Assembly (NCBI GenBank): GCA_964499275.1
Contig: CAZCKO010000006.1
Coordinates: 1 to 57,869 of the forward strand
Length of the DNA stretch: 57,869 nucleotides
From: an uncultured Rhodospirillaceae bacterium
Lineage (GTDB): Bacteria; Pseudomonadota; Alphaproteobacteria; MPNO01; UBA2964
Reading direction: 5' to 3'
Numbering within the stretch: position 1 is the stretch's first letter; each line of letters opens with the position of its first letter. The notes beneath the pieces were generated by a model. The model was not told the DNA's origin. It searched no databases and worked only from the letters and a program-made list of their open reading frames with translations. Made by a program: the position numbers and the translations under genes. Positions 19,051 to 28,600 of the stretch are shown one piece after another.

Positions 19051-20625
19051 TTAGCTTCTCAGCCTGAAACGCTGTATCTTACCGGTAGCCGTTTTGGGTA
19101 AATCATCAACAAAATTAAACCAGCGAGGATACTTGTAGCGTGCTAACCCCTCCTTACAGTGCTCAAGAAGTTCTTCTGCCAGTTCATCCCCTCCAGTAAC
19201 CCCCTCTGCAACGATAACGAAGGCCTCTGGCTTGATTAGCTTATTTTTATCCGCACGCCCCACTACCGCTGCTTCAAGTACATCAGGGTGCTCAATCAAC
19301 TTGGCCTCAATCTCAAACGGAGAGCACCATATACCGCCAACCTTCATCATATCATCGTTACGGCCACAATAGACAAAATAGCCGGCTTCGTCTTGATAAT
19401 AGGTGTCTCCGGTATTGATCCAGCCACTCTTTATAGTCTCAGCGGTCTTATCCGCATTATTCCAATAAGATTTTGCAATCGAATCACCGTGGATCCAAAG
19501 AGCACCGCTAGCACCTTGGGATACGATCTTGTCTTGTTCACCGACTATTCTTGCTTGATATCCAGGCACAAGCTTTCCGCTTGCTCCGGGCTTAACATCA
19601 TCGGCAGAATTAGAAATAAAGATATGCAAAATCTCGGTAGAGCCTATCCCATCAAGAATTATACTGCCTGTACTTTCTTTCCAGCGCCGAAAAATATCCC
19701 TAGGAAGAGCCTCTCCCGCTGAAACACAAAGGCGGATGGATTTAAGGTCAGGCCTTGAATTTTCAAGAGCTTGAAGCTGGGCTGCGTAGAGGGTCGGGAC
19801 ACCGAAATAAATTGTAGCTTTATATTTTTCAATCACTTCAAAGGTCATTGCAGGGTTGGGCGCAGACGATGAAAGTATTGCAGTGGCACCCACCCACAAG
19901 GGAAATGTCATTGCATTTCCTAGCCCATAAGCGAAAAATAGCTTCGCAGCTGAAAAACAAATATCTTCGCTGGTAATACCAAGCACCCCAACCGCATAGT
20001 GAATACAGGTGACAGGAATATCCTTATGTGAATGCACTGTACCTTTTGGCCTGCCGGTTGATCCGGACGAATATAGCCAAAAACAGTCCTCTTCTGCGGT
20101 GGCGGCAACCGCCCCTAATTTCGTTTGTGCTTCTTCTGCTAAATTAGCGAGGGAGGCGTCCCCTTCAGTCGATAGAGAGGGAATAGATCCAGATTTAACC
20201 GCTTCCAATGCCCCACCAACTTCCTCCGAATATTCCGGACTATAGACCACCAAACTGCAGCTCGAATCTTCAATCATATACCGATAATCATTACTGCGAA
20301 GCAGAGTATTGAGCGGTACAGGTACAATTCCAGCCTTAATGGCTCCCCAAAATATATAAAAGAATTGTGGGCAATCCTTTACGACCATTAAAACACGATC
20401 ACCCTTCGACAAACCCAACTTAATTAGAGCGTTGCCGTACCTGTTGACGTTCTCGAAAAGCTGTATGTAACTGACACAACCGAAATCGCCCTGGATCGCA
20501 ACCTTATCACTTCGCCCTTCGGTTAAATGCCGGTCTATAAACGGAACTGCAACATTAAAATTTTTCGGAAAAGTTATCTTTGCAGGTACTTGGCCGTAAT
20601 CCACAGTGATTTTATTATCTGCCAT
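19051..20625 (-). CDS. benzoate-CoA ligase
   Basis: FWLYSSGSTGRPKG, SAAKLFFAYGLGN, DGIGSTEILHIFISN, PKTATGKIQRF. Confidence 0.92.
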   Translation of the reverse strand: MADNKITVDYGQVPAKITFPKNFNVAVPFIDRHLTEGRSDKVAIQGDFGCVSYIQLFENVNRYGNALIKLGLSKGDRVLMVVKDCPQFFYIFWGAIKAGIVPVPLNTLLRSNDYRYMIEDSSCSLVVYSPEYSEEVGGALEAVKSGSIPSLSTEGDASLANLAEEAQTKLGAVAATAEEDCFWLYSSGSTGRPKGTVHSHKDIPVTCIHYAVGVLGITSEDICFSAAKLFFAYGLGNAMTFPLWVGATAILSSSAPNPAMTFEVIEKYKATIYFGVPTLYAAQLQALENSRPDLKSIRLCVSAGEALPRDIFRRWKESTGSIILDGIGSTEILHIFISNSADDVKPGASGKLVPGYQARIVGEQDKIVSQGASGALWIHGDSIAKSYWNNADKTAETIKSGWINTGDTYYQDEAGYFVYCGRNDDMMKVGGIWCSPFEIEAKLIEHPDVLEAAVVGRADKNKLIKPEAFVIVAEGVTGGDELAEELLEHCKEGLARYKYPRWFNFVDDLPKTATGKIQRFRLRS

Positions 20626-20689
20626 CTTTATGATCCTTTTTCAGTAATTAAATTCTATAGTGCTGAGAGATAAGACAAAAGAGAGAAGC

Positions 20690-21889
20690 ATGAATGAAAA
20701 TCAACCCATCATAATTGCCGGTGGGGGTATCGGCGGGTTAGCGGCTGCGCGAATGCTGGCGATTAAAGGACGACAGAGTATTGTATTGGAACAAGCTCCG
20801 GAATTTGGAGAAATAGGGGCTGGTATCCAACTCGGACCGAATACACATCGCATGTTTGACAGGTTGCAAGTCACAAAAGATATGCACGAAATTGGTTATT
20901 TTCCTGAGCATATAATCATGATGGACAGCCTAACTGGCGAAGAGGTGATTCGTATGCCACTGGGACGACAACTTGAATCACATTTTGGTAAACCTTACGC
21001 TGTTATCCATCGTGCTGATTTACATAGTGTGCTTTTGAACGCATGTATGGAAATGGATGAAATAGATCTGAGAACCAGTGCAAACGTGACCAGCTACAGC
21101 AGCAGGCCTCAAAGTATTATTGTAGAAACGGCTGATGGTAACACGTTTGAGGGGTCAGGCCTAGTAGGTGCAGACGGGCTATGGTCAAAAATACGAGCAA
21201 AAATAATTGGTGATGGTGACCCTGTTGTTTCTGGCCATATCGCCTATCGTGCTGTTCTGCCCGTTGACGAAGTACCACACAGTCTCAGTAAATGGATGGA
21301 AGATGTAGTATTATGGGCCGGGCCGCGTAATCACCTGGTGCACTATAAGCTGCGGCGGGGGGAATTATTTAATATTGTGGCAGTATTCCATAGTAAGAAA
21401 TACGTAGAAGGATGGGATGAGTTTGGAGACCCAGATGAGTTGTATAGCCATTTTAAAGAGGCAAGACCAGAAGTACGGGCTCTACTCAAAAAGATCGATG
21501 TCTGGAAAATGTGGGTCCTCTGCGACCGCATACCTAAAAAAGAATGGACCAAGGGCCGCGTTACCCTGCTCGGCGATGCCGCTCACCCCATGCTACAATA
21601 TCTCGCGGCTGGCGCCGGCATGGCAATGGAAGACGCCGTTTGCCTGGCTGACCTGATAGATCAATATGAAGGCGATATCGAAAGGGCTTTTTCCGACTAC
21701 CCTAAAAAGCGTTACATACGTGCGGGGCGCGTACAACTAACTGCTAGGTATTACGGCGAAATTTATCATGCTGAAGGTGTTACCCGTGAGTTGAGGAACC
21801 TGATGCTCGGGGGCGAAAAAAAAGGCAATCCATATGCAGGTGTCGAATGGCTTTATGGAAAAAATACCGGTTTACCAGGTGGAGGTTAG
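20690..21889 (+). CDS. 3-hydroxybenzoate 6-monooxygenase-like FAD monooxygenase
   Basis: GGGIGG, GEIGAGIQLGPN, DGLWS, VSGHIAYR, GDAAHPMLQY, ARYYGEIYH. Confidence 0.85.
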   Translation: MNENQPIIIAGGGIGGLAAARMLAIKGRQSIVLEQAPEFGEIGAGIQLGPNTHRMFDRLQVTKDMHEIGYFPEHIIMMDSLTGEEVIRMPLGRQLESHFGKPYAVIHRADLHSVLLNACMEMDEIDLRTSANVTSYSSRPQSIIVETADGNTFEGSGLVGADGLWSKIRAKIIGDGDPVVSGHIAYRAVLPVDEVPHSLSKWMEDVVLWAGPRNHLVHYKLRRGELFNIVAVFHSKKYVEGWDEFGDPDELYSHFKEARPEVRALLKKIDVWKMWVLCDRIPKKEWTKGRVTLLGDAAHPMLQYLAAGAGMAMEDAVCLADLIDQYEGDIERAFSDYPKKRYIRAGRVQLTARYYGEIYHAEGVTRELRNLMLGGEKKGNPYAGVEWLYGKNTGLPGGG

Positions 21890-21954
21890 ATAGAGTACTA
21901 AACCGCCCCTTCCACGCCACAAATCACGGTTAAACTCTGCAATCTTAACGCCTA

Positions 21955-23379
21955 TTAGTTAAATTTAACATACTCATAGTCAAAAGCGTGTCCATCTATA
22001 CCACGTCCGGGTGGTGCCACCCAGCTCGCTATTTTTCCTGGGTCTGTGCATGGCTTCTGCAAGGAAATTACGAACTCACGATCGGCCTGAGAAGGCAACC
22101 ACTGATCATGCCCCTTTTCCCATTCATCTTTCGAAATTACTTTACCCTCCGACGTTATAATCGCTTCAGCAAAAGTGCCAATCGATCTATGAAAGCCTCG
22201 ATGCGGTAGCGTTAACTCAAATTCAATTTTATGCCGCTTAATAGCTTTGTTCCAACGAGATACGCCAATTTGACAATCAGTCACGTAATCATCTCGCAAA
22301 CGCTCATTGACCGCTAACAGAGAGTTAAAATCAACATCCTTAATTACACCATCTTCGAACATCGTAACCTTGTCTACACCATCTTTTAATACATGGTCAT
22401 CATCAATTTTAGACTCTTCAAACCTGCCTTTTAATCCTGCGGTATAATAATTAGCTGCATTGGTTGAGATCTCCTGACCAAAAAGGTCGAGTGAGACACT
22501 GTAATGAAAATTAAGATATTTTTGCAGCGTTGGAAGATCGATGGCTCCTGCCGCTCTAATTTTTTCTGGATCATCGGTCTTGAGTTCATTCATCACCTCA
22601 CATGTTCGCGTGACGACCCGCATGACACCCGTCGTTCCTATAAACATATGATGCGCTTCTTCTGTCAGCATAAACTGGCAAGTCCGTGCCAAGGGGTCAA
22701 AACCTGATTCGGCGAGTGAGGATAACTGAAATTTCCCATCACGATCAGTAAAAAATGTGAACATGAAATATGATAACCAATCAGGGGTTTCTTCATTAAA
22801 AGCTCCTAGAATACGGGGCTTGTCAGGATCACCGGAATGGCGCTGAAGCATCATATCGGCCTCTTCCCGCCCATCTCGTCCGAAGTAAGCATGCAACAAA
22901 TAAACCATCGCCCAAAGGTGCCGACCTTCTTCGCAGTTAACCTGAAATAAATTGCGGAGGTCATAAAGCGAGGGTGCGGTTAACCCAAGAAGCCGCTGTT
23001 GTTCAACTGAGGCGGGCTCTGTGTCACCTTGTGTTACAATCAATCTACGAAGAGAGGCTCGATATTCTCCGGGAACCTCATTCCAAACTGGCTGACCTTT
23101 ATGCTCCCCAAAGGGAATTGTGCGGCCCTCTATTGGGGGTGCCAGAAAAATACCCCATCGGTATTCCGGCATTTTAACATACCCAAAATTTGCCCAGCCT
23201 TCAGCTTCAACGCTAATAGCTGTACGCAAATAAACGTCATAATTTTGTGTTCCCTCCGGACCGAGTTCCTTCCACCAATTAATGAAACTAGGCTGCCAAC
23301 TTTCTAGTGCCCGCTGCAAGCGACGGTCGTCAGCGAGCCCTACGTTGTTGGGAATTTTAGCGTTAAGATCAACTGCCAT
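21955..23379 (-). CDS. boxB: benzoyl-CoA 2,3-epoxidase subunit B
   Basis: KIPNNV, QGDTEPASVEQQ, EEGRHLWAMVYLL, DRDGKFQL, TEEAHH diiron motifs. Confidence 0.96.
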   Translation of the reverse strand: MAVDLNAKIPNNVGLADDRRLQRALESWQPSFINWWKELGPEGTQNYDVYLRTAISVEAEGWANFGYVKMPEYRWGIFLAPPIEGRTIPFGEHKGQPVWNEVPGEYRASLRRLIVTQGDTEPASVEQQRLLGLTAPSLYDLRNLFQVNCEEGRHLWAMVYLLHAYFGRDGREEADMMLQRHSGDPDKPRILGAFNEETPDWLSYFMFTFFTDRDGKFQLSSLAESGFDPLARTCQFMLTEEAHHMFIGTTGVMRVVTRTCEVMNELKTDDPEKIRAAGAIDLPTLQKYLNFHYSVSLDLFGQEISTNAANYYTAGLKGRFEESKIDDDHVLKDGVDKVTMFEDGVIKDVDFNSLLAVNERLRDDYVTDCQIGVSRWNKAIKRHKIEFELTLPHRGFHRSIGTFAEAIITSEGKVISKDEWEKGHDQWLPSQADREFVISLQKPCTDPGKIASWVAPPGRGIDGHAFDYEYVKFN

Positions 23380-23381
23380 TG

Positions 23382-25091
23382 TCAAACTCTCTTCTTATCA
23401 AATTCACTTCTTTGGCCAGTACCATAGAGTTTCAACGCACCTTCGGGACCCGCAGCATTTGGCCTTTGGAAGATCCAGTTTTGCCACGCACTCAGTCGCC
23501 CAAAAATTTTAGTTTCGATAGTCTCCGGACCAGCAAAGCGTAGGTTGGCCTCTAAGCCTGTTAAGCCATCCGGGGAAAAGCTCGCTCGTTCTTCTATGGC
23601 AAGGCGCACCTCATCTTCCCAATCGATATCGTCAGGAATGAAGGTCACAAGCCCCGCCTCATCTGCATCTTCTGCCTCCAAGGCCCTCCCTCTCAACAGG
23701 TTAGCTCCATCCAGTTTATCGGGTTCCCCAATGAGACGTGTTTCTAATCGTGTCATGCTATTCGACATTCGAAATGCGCCAAAATTCATAACCGTCAGGC
23801 GGACCGTAGGAGCCGGCAGGTTGCTCCCTTCCATTTGTCCATCCAACATATAGGAGCGATCTGCAATAAAAACCAATTCGAGCAATGTCCCTACAAAACA
23901 ACTACCCGGCTCAATGAGCGCAATGAGGCTGCGGGCTGAAACATCAATGCGTTTTAGAGTACGTTTTAAGTAGAGTGTGATTTCCCGGACTAACCAGTCA
24001 CCTTGGTTGGCGTCTAAAAGCTTGTCATAATTTTCTATAAGTTCACCATTACCCGTACTCTGAAAAACCCAGGTACCTATTTGGTTTTCATTCAAGCGAA
24101 GGTGAAGAATGGCAGCATCAAGCTCACGAGCCAAAGCTAAAGGCCAAAACCTGACCCCCTGTTCCTGGACGCCTTCAGCATCTAATGGCGGAGGACATTC
24201 TGGCCCTGCAATGAGAAAAGAAACAACGCCTTGTTCTCTGTCAAATTCAATCGTCAAATGATCGTAGGATATCTTATTATCATCCTCACTAAACTGCAGG
24301 GGCGTCAATTCGATACCCTTTTTATTCTTTGGCCGATCCGATTGGGAGGCGAATTCTTCTGCTCTTTCAGAGACTGTCTCCTCAAATTTTGACCGAGGAA
24401 CAGTTTCATCTATCAGGTTCCAATCTACTGCACGCTGGCCTCTCATACCTTCAGTAGTCGTACAAAATACATCTGAACGATCATGCCGAACTTTACGTTT
24501 ATCAACCAACCGGGTCAGTCCACCGGTGCCGGGAAGCACTGCCAACAAGGGTAATTCCGGTAAAGACACCGTAGAGGCTCCATCGTCAATTAACATGATA
24601 TACTCTGTTGCCAATGCCAGCTCATAACCCCCGCCAGCTGCGGTTCCATTGATTGCACAGATATATTTTTGGCCAGAATATTCCGTCGCATCTTCGATAC
24701 CATTTCTCGTTTCGTTGGTGAACTTACAAAAATTGACCTTATGATCGTGTGACGACAGCCCTAGCATTCGTATATTAGCACCTGCACAGAATACGGCTGG
24801 GTGATCTGAACAGATAACCACACAACCAACTTCTGGATGTTCAAACCGCAATCGTTGAACGGCATCGTACAGTTCAATATCAACACCAAGGTCATAGGAG
24901 TTAAGTTTTAACTCGTAACCAGGCTTTAATGTTTCAGCCTCGTTAACAGCCATTGCAAGACGGGCAACATTTTCATTTATCGTTAAATTCCAGTGTTTAT
25001 ATTGATCTGGGCTAGTCCCGAAACCAACAACCGGCTCCGCAACTCCATCGGAAAAGGATCCGGGCTTTCCAGCAGTGTCTTTTGCACCCAT
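23382..25091 (-). CDS. boxC: 2,3-epoxybenzoyl-CoA dihydrolase
   Basis: LKLNSYDLGVDIEL.DA.QRLRFEHP, KVNFCKFTNETRN, WQNWIFQRPNA; likely start MGAKD at 25091. Confidence 0.95.
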   Translation of the reverse strand: MGAKDTAGKPGSFSDGVAEPVVGFGTSPDQYKHWNLTINENVARLAMAVNEAETLKPGYELKLNSYDLGVDIELYDAVQRLRFEHPEVGCVVICSDHPAVFCAGANIRMLGLSSHDHKVNFCKFTNETRNGIEDATEYSGQKYICAINGTAAGGGYELALATEYIMLIDDGASTVSLPELPLLAVLPGTGGLTRLVDKRKVRHDRSDVFCTTTEGMRGQRAVDWNLIDETVPRSKFEETVSERAEEFASQSDRPKNKKGIELTPLQFSEDDNKISYDHLTIEFDREQGVVSFLIAGPECPPPLDAEGVQEQGVRFWPLALARELDAAILHLRLNENQIGTWVFQSTGNGELIENYDKLLDANQGDWLVREITLYLKRTLKRIDVSARSLIALIEPGSCFVGTLLELVFIADRSYMLDGQMEGSNLPAPTVRLTVMNFGAFRMSNSMTRLETRLIGEPDKLDGANLLRGRALEAEDADEAGLVTFIPDDIDWEDEVRLAIEERASFSPDGLTGLEANLRFAGPETIETKIFGRLSAWQNWIFQRPNAAGPEGALKLYGTGQRSEFDKKRV

Positions 25092-25375
25092 TTTCATTAT
25101 TCCTTTGCTAAACCCATAGGTTTGATCAACACCGTCACCAGCCCCTTTTATTTCCTCACAGAGACTTTTAAAAGTTAAGCTTTCACTCTTTATTATATAG
25201 TGTTTCAGCCCAGTTTTCCGAGAAATTAAAACTTCGATTGCTAATTGTTGACTAGTCACGTATGTATATATTAACAGGTTTGGCGCCGTCAACGACAGTA
25301 GCTAATGGGTGCAAATAATAGCTTATATTATTTGTTTCATGACAAAATTTATCAGTTCATGAACCAAAAAGAAAA

Positions 25376-26965
25376 ATGAATACTTATACCGGCAGCACCA
25401 AGAAACTCAAAAAAGATAGAGGGTCACCAGATACAACTCTACGTGATTGGATTGCCAAAAACGCTCAGGATAATCCCAATAAGGTATTTATCCAGAGTGT
25501 AGACCAAAATAAAGCGATTACCTTTGGTCAGTTCAAAACGGTCTGCGACCGCATAGCAAATTTCCTTCATTCAAGAAATTTCGGGCCGAATGACCGGATA
25601 GCGATGCTATCAAACAACTCGATACAGCATCTTTGCGTTTACATTGGCGGTATGGCTTACGGCATAACAGTTTGTACAATTCATGTTGAAATGAATGCCA
25701 TTTATTTTGAAAAAATATTAAAGGCGCTAAACCCTAAACTAATACTTTTTGACGAATCCGAAACACGGGTTGACGCAGATAATTTGAAAACCAGCACACA
25801 GGGGGAGTGGTTCAAGCTGGGCAACTGGGGCTCAAATAGTAGCAAGGGTGGTTTTTACGAAGAATTAGAAAAACACCCTGCTCAAGCATTAGAACCGATT
25901 AGTCGTTGGGAAGATGACGCCTCAATATATTATACCTCGGGCACCGCTTCCGCTCCCAAGGGCTGCATCGTTACATTTCGTGAATTAATAACAAATACCC
26001 CCCCAACTGCTGAAGGGCTTGGATTAACAAAAAATGACCGGATCCTTGAATTTAGAGCATTTAATTGGATATCAGCGCAAGTTCTTAGTGGTTTAGCACC
26101 ATTATCCAAGGGTGCCACCATCATCCTGGCCCAAAGGTTTTCGCAGAGTCGATATTTTGACTGGATAAGAAAATATAAGGTGACCATCGGGGTATGTAAT
26201 CCGACCGGACTTGCAATGTTTTTAAATCGACCAATAGCAGTCCATCAGAATGACATTCCGCACCTCCGTTTCATGACATCGTCTTCAGCACCGCTGATGC
26301 CAGAAACATGGAAGCAGTTTGAAGAACGTTACGGTATTCCTGTCGCTCAAGGTTACGGGTGCAGTGAGATAGGTTGGATAGCAGTCTCTGATGAGAACAG
26401 CCGCAAGTTTGGCACTGTTGGCAAGCCATTAGAATACCACAAACTTACTGTCATCAATTCAGACGGTGGGATAGTTCCCGATGGTGAGGTGGGCGAAATC
26501 GAATTGGGTGGCTTTGAAATTAATCAGTATCGTTATCTTGACGAATTCGGTGAGGAAAAAATACACGCACATAATAGACTTCGGACAGGTGATCTCGGCA
26601 TAGTGGACGAGGACGGCTGCGTCATCGTCACCGGCAGAGCTAAAGACCTAATTATTCGTGGAGGTGTTAATATTTCGCCAGCAGAGGTCGACAACATACT
26701 TTTACAAATGCCGTCACTCGGCGAAGCAGCGACCATTGGTGTTCCAGATCCAATTTATGGTGAAGAAGTTGTTTGCTATGTCGCCCCGAAACCAAAGAGC
26801 AAACTTACACCTGAAGACGTTTTGGAACACTGTACGGAAAGATTGCCTAAATTTAGGGTGCCCAAACAGGTTATTGTACGCCCTAAATTACCCAAAACTG
26901 AGCGGGGTAAGATGAACCGTTTGTTGCTTCAAAAGGAATGGCAGGAAGAATTCGGCACAAAATAA
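25376..26965 (+). CDS. AMP-forming acyl/aryl-CoA ligase, paralog 1
   Basis: YTSGTASAPKG, GYGCSE, RTGDLG, GRAKDLIIRGGVNI, PKTERGK. Confidence 0.9.
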   Translation: MNTYTGSTKKLKKDRGSPDTTLRDWIAKNAQDNPNKVFIQSVDQNKAITFGQFKTVCDRIANFLHSRNFGPNDRIAMLSNNSIQHLCVYIGGMAYGITVCTIHVEMNAIYFEKILKALNPKLILFDESETRVDADNLKTSTQGEWFKLGNWGSNSSKGGFYEELEKHPAQALEPISRWEDDASIYYTSGTASAPKGCIVTFRELITNTPPTAEGLGLTKNDRILEFRAFNWISAQVLSGLAPLSKGATIILAQRFSQSRYFDWIRKYKVTIGVCNPTGLAMFLNRPIAVHQNDIPHLRFMTSSSAPLMPETWKQFEERYGIPVAQGYGCSEIGWIAVSDENSRKFGTVGKPLEYHKLTVINSDGGIVPDGEVGEIELGGFEINQYRYLDEFGEEKIHAHNRLRTGDLGIVDEDGCVIVTGRAKDLIIRGGVNISPAEVDNILLQMPSLGEAATIGVPDPIYGEEVVCYVAPKPKSKLTPEDVLEHCTERLPKFRVPKQVIVRPKLPKTERGKMNRLLLQKEWQEEFGTK

Positions 26966-27023
26966 ATTTTAAGAATACAGCGTTTGTTTGTGCCCCTGCC
27001 TGCTACCGTGATAAAATACTCTT

Positions 27024-28580
27024 ATGAAGAGTACCCAATCAACAGAATACAAATCTGTTAGAACCTTAATTGCTGAACAGTCAGAAAAATACGGCAATAA
27101 ACCGTACATGGTGTCAATTGACCAGGCAGATAAAACTCTGAGCTTTGAAGCGCTTTTTAGGCTTGGCAACAGCATGGCTCAATTTTTTGCCGAGCGGGGC
27201 CTTAAGGCTAACGACCGTATACTTTTACTAGCAGAAAATTCTATAGAATTTATTGCCGTTTTTCTTGGGGTTCAACGGTGTGGTGGTACAATCGCCACAG
27301 CTAATGTAGAGATGAACAGATCCCATATCAGTGAAATTTTGCATGCGGTAAATCCCAGCCTGGTATTGGCACAAGATGGACTTGGCCTAGAAGAATTGCA
27401 AGATCCTAACATGTCTGCAGAATGGATGTCGCTCGGTGAATGGCATCCAGATGCCATCTCATCCGGCTTTTTCCATAAAATTTCAAATTATCCCGATGAC
27501 AAAGACCTAGACGAAGTTTGCTCAGCCGACGACATCGCTGTTATTTTTTATACTTCTGGGACAGAGGCCAAGCCCAAGGGGGTGATGCAACCACATTCAG
27601 CCGTTTGGCCCAACTATGATGCGACAGCGGAATGCGTTCAATTGGACCAAAATGGCCGGATCGTGGATTGCCGTTCCTATACGTGGTTATCATCACAGAA
27701 TATGAGCCTTGGAGGACCGCTAGCACGCGGTGCTACAGTTTACATGGCGAAAAAATTTTCACGTAGTCGCTATTTTGACTGGATAAAAAAATATAAAGCT
27801 ACAATGGGAGTTTCCGTACCAACAATCTTAAATATGTTTCTCAACGAACCTGTTGAAATTCATGGTAGAGAAATTCCTCACCTGCGCTTTATTATGACCT
27901 CTTCAGCACCGATGCTTCCCGAAAACTGGATCAAATTTGAAAAACGTTATGGAATAACAATCAGCCAGTCTGCTGGTTGCTCTGAGGGAGGGCTAATGTG
28001 CAGCCACGTGGGAGCAGATCGAAAAATTGGCACTATCGGATTTCCACTTAAATATCAGAACATTCGGCTTCTCAACGAGACCGACGATGAGGTTCCGCGG
28101 GGTGAACCCGGCGAGATAGTTGTATCTGGTCTGCAAAAGAGTTGGGGTTATTTACACCCAGACGGGAGAATAGAAAAACTACCACGAGAGCATCGAACTG
28201 GTGACCTTGGACAAATTGATGAAGCCGGCCACTTGACGGTAGTTGGACGTCTCAAGGATTTAATAATTCGGGGTGGAGTAAATATTTCTCCTGTCGAAAT
28301 TGACAACATCTTGTCGCAACACCCAGATATTGTAGATGCAGCAGCTTGCGGCATTCCAAACCAAATTTATGGTGAAGAAGTAATATGCTATGTCATAGCT
28401 CAAAAAGATAGCGAACTTAAAGCGGGGACGGTTATTTCTCATTGCCGTAAATCTTTGGCACTTTTTAAAACGCCTAAAGAGGTAATTTTTGTTGACCATT
28501 TACCGAAGAATGAGCGGGGCAAACTGGATCGGAAAGCGCTCACCCTATTATGGGAAGGAGATAACTTAGAAACGAAGTAA
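27024..28580 (+). CDS. AMP-forming acyl/aryl-CoA ligase, paralog 2
   Basis: YTSGTEAKPKG, SAGCSE, RTGDLG, GRLKDLIIRGGVNI, PKNERGK. Confidence 0.9.
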   Translation: MKSTQSTEYKSVRTLIAEQSEKYGNKPYMVSIDQADKTLSFEALFRLGNSMAQFFAERGLKANDRILLLAENSIEFIAVFLGVQRCGGTIATANVEMNRSHISEILHAVNPSLVLAQDGLGLEELQDPNMSAEWMSLGEWHPDAISSGFFHKISNYPDDKDLDEVCSADDIAVIFYTSGTEAKPKGVMQPHSAVWPNYDATAECVQLDQNGRIVDCRSYTWLSSQNMSLGGPLARGATVYMAKKFSRSRYFDWIKKYKATMGVSVPTILNMFLNEPVEIHGREIPHLRFIMTSSAPMLPENWIKFEKRYGITISQSAGCSEGGLMCSHVGADRKIGTIGFPLKYQNIRLLNETDDEVPRGEPGEIVVSGLQKSWGYLHPDGRIEKLPREHRTGDLGQIDEAGHLTVVGRLKDLIIRGGVNISPVEIDNILSQHPDIVDAAACGIPNQIYGEEVICYVIAQKDSELKAGTVISHCRKSLALFKTPKEVIFVDHLPKNERGKLDRKALTLLWEGDNLETK

Positions 28581-28600
28581 AAACCTGTTCATTATAAAAA

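Noticed and set aside
25092-25292. Long N-terminal extension of boxC in the ORF track
   Set aside because: AT-rich promoter-like sequence with no family motifs; similar over-extended starts were trimmed for nrdA, hemA, mraZ and others
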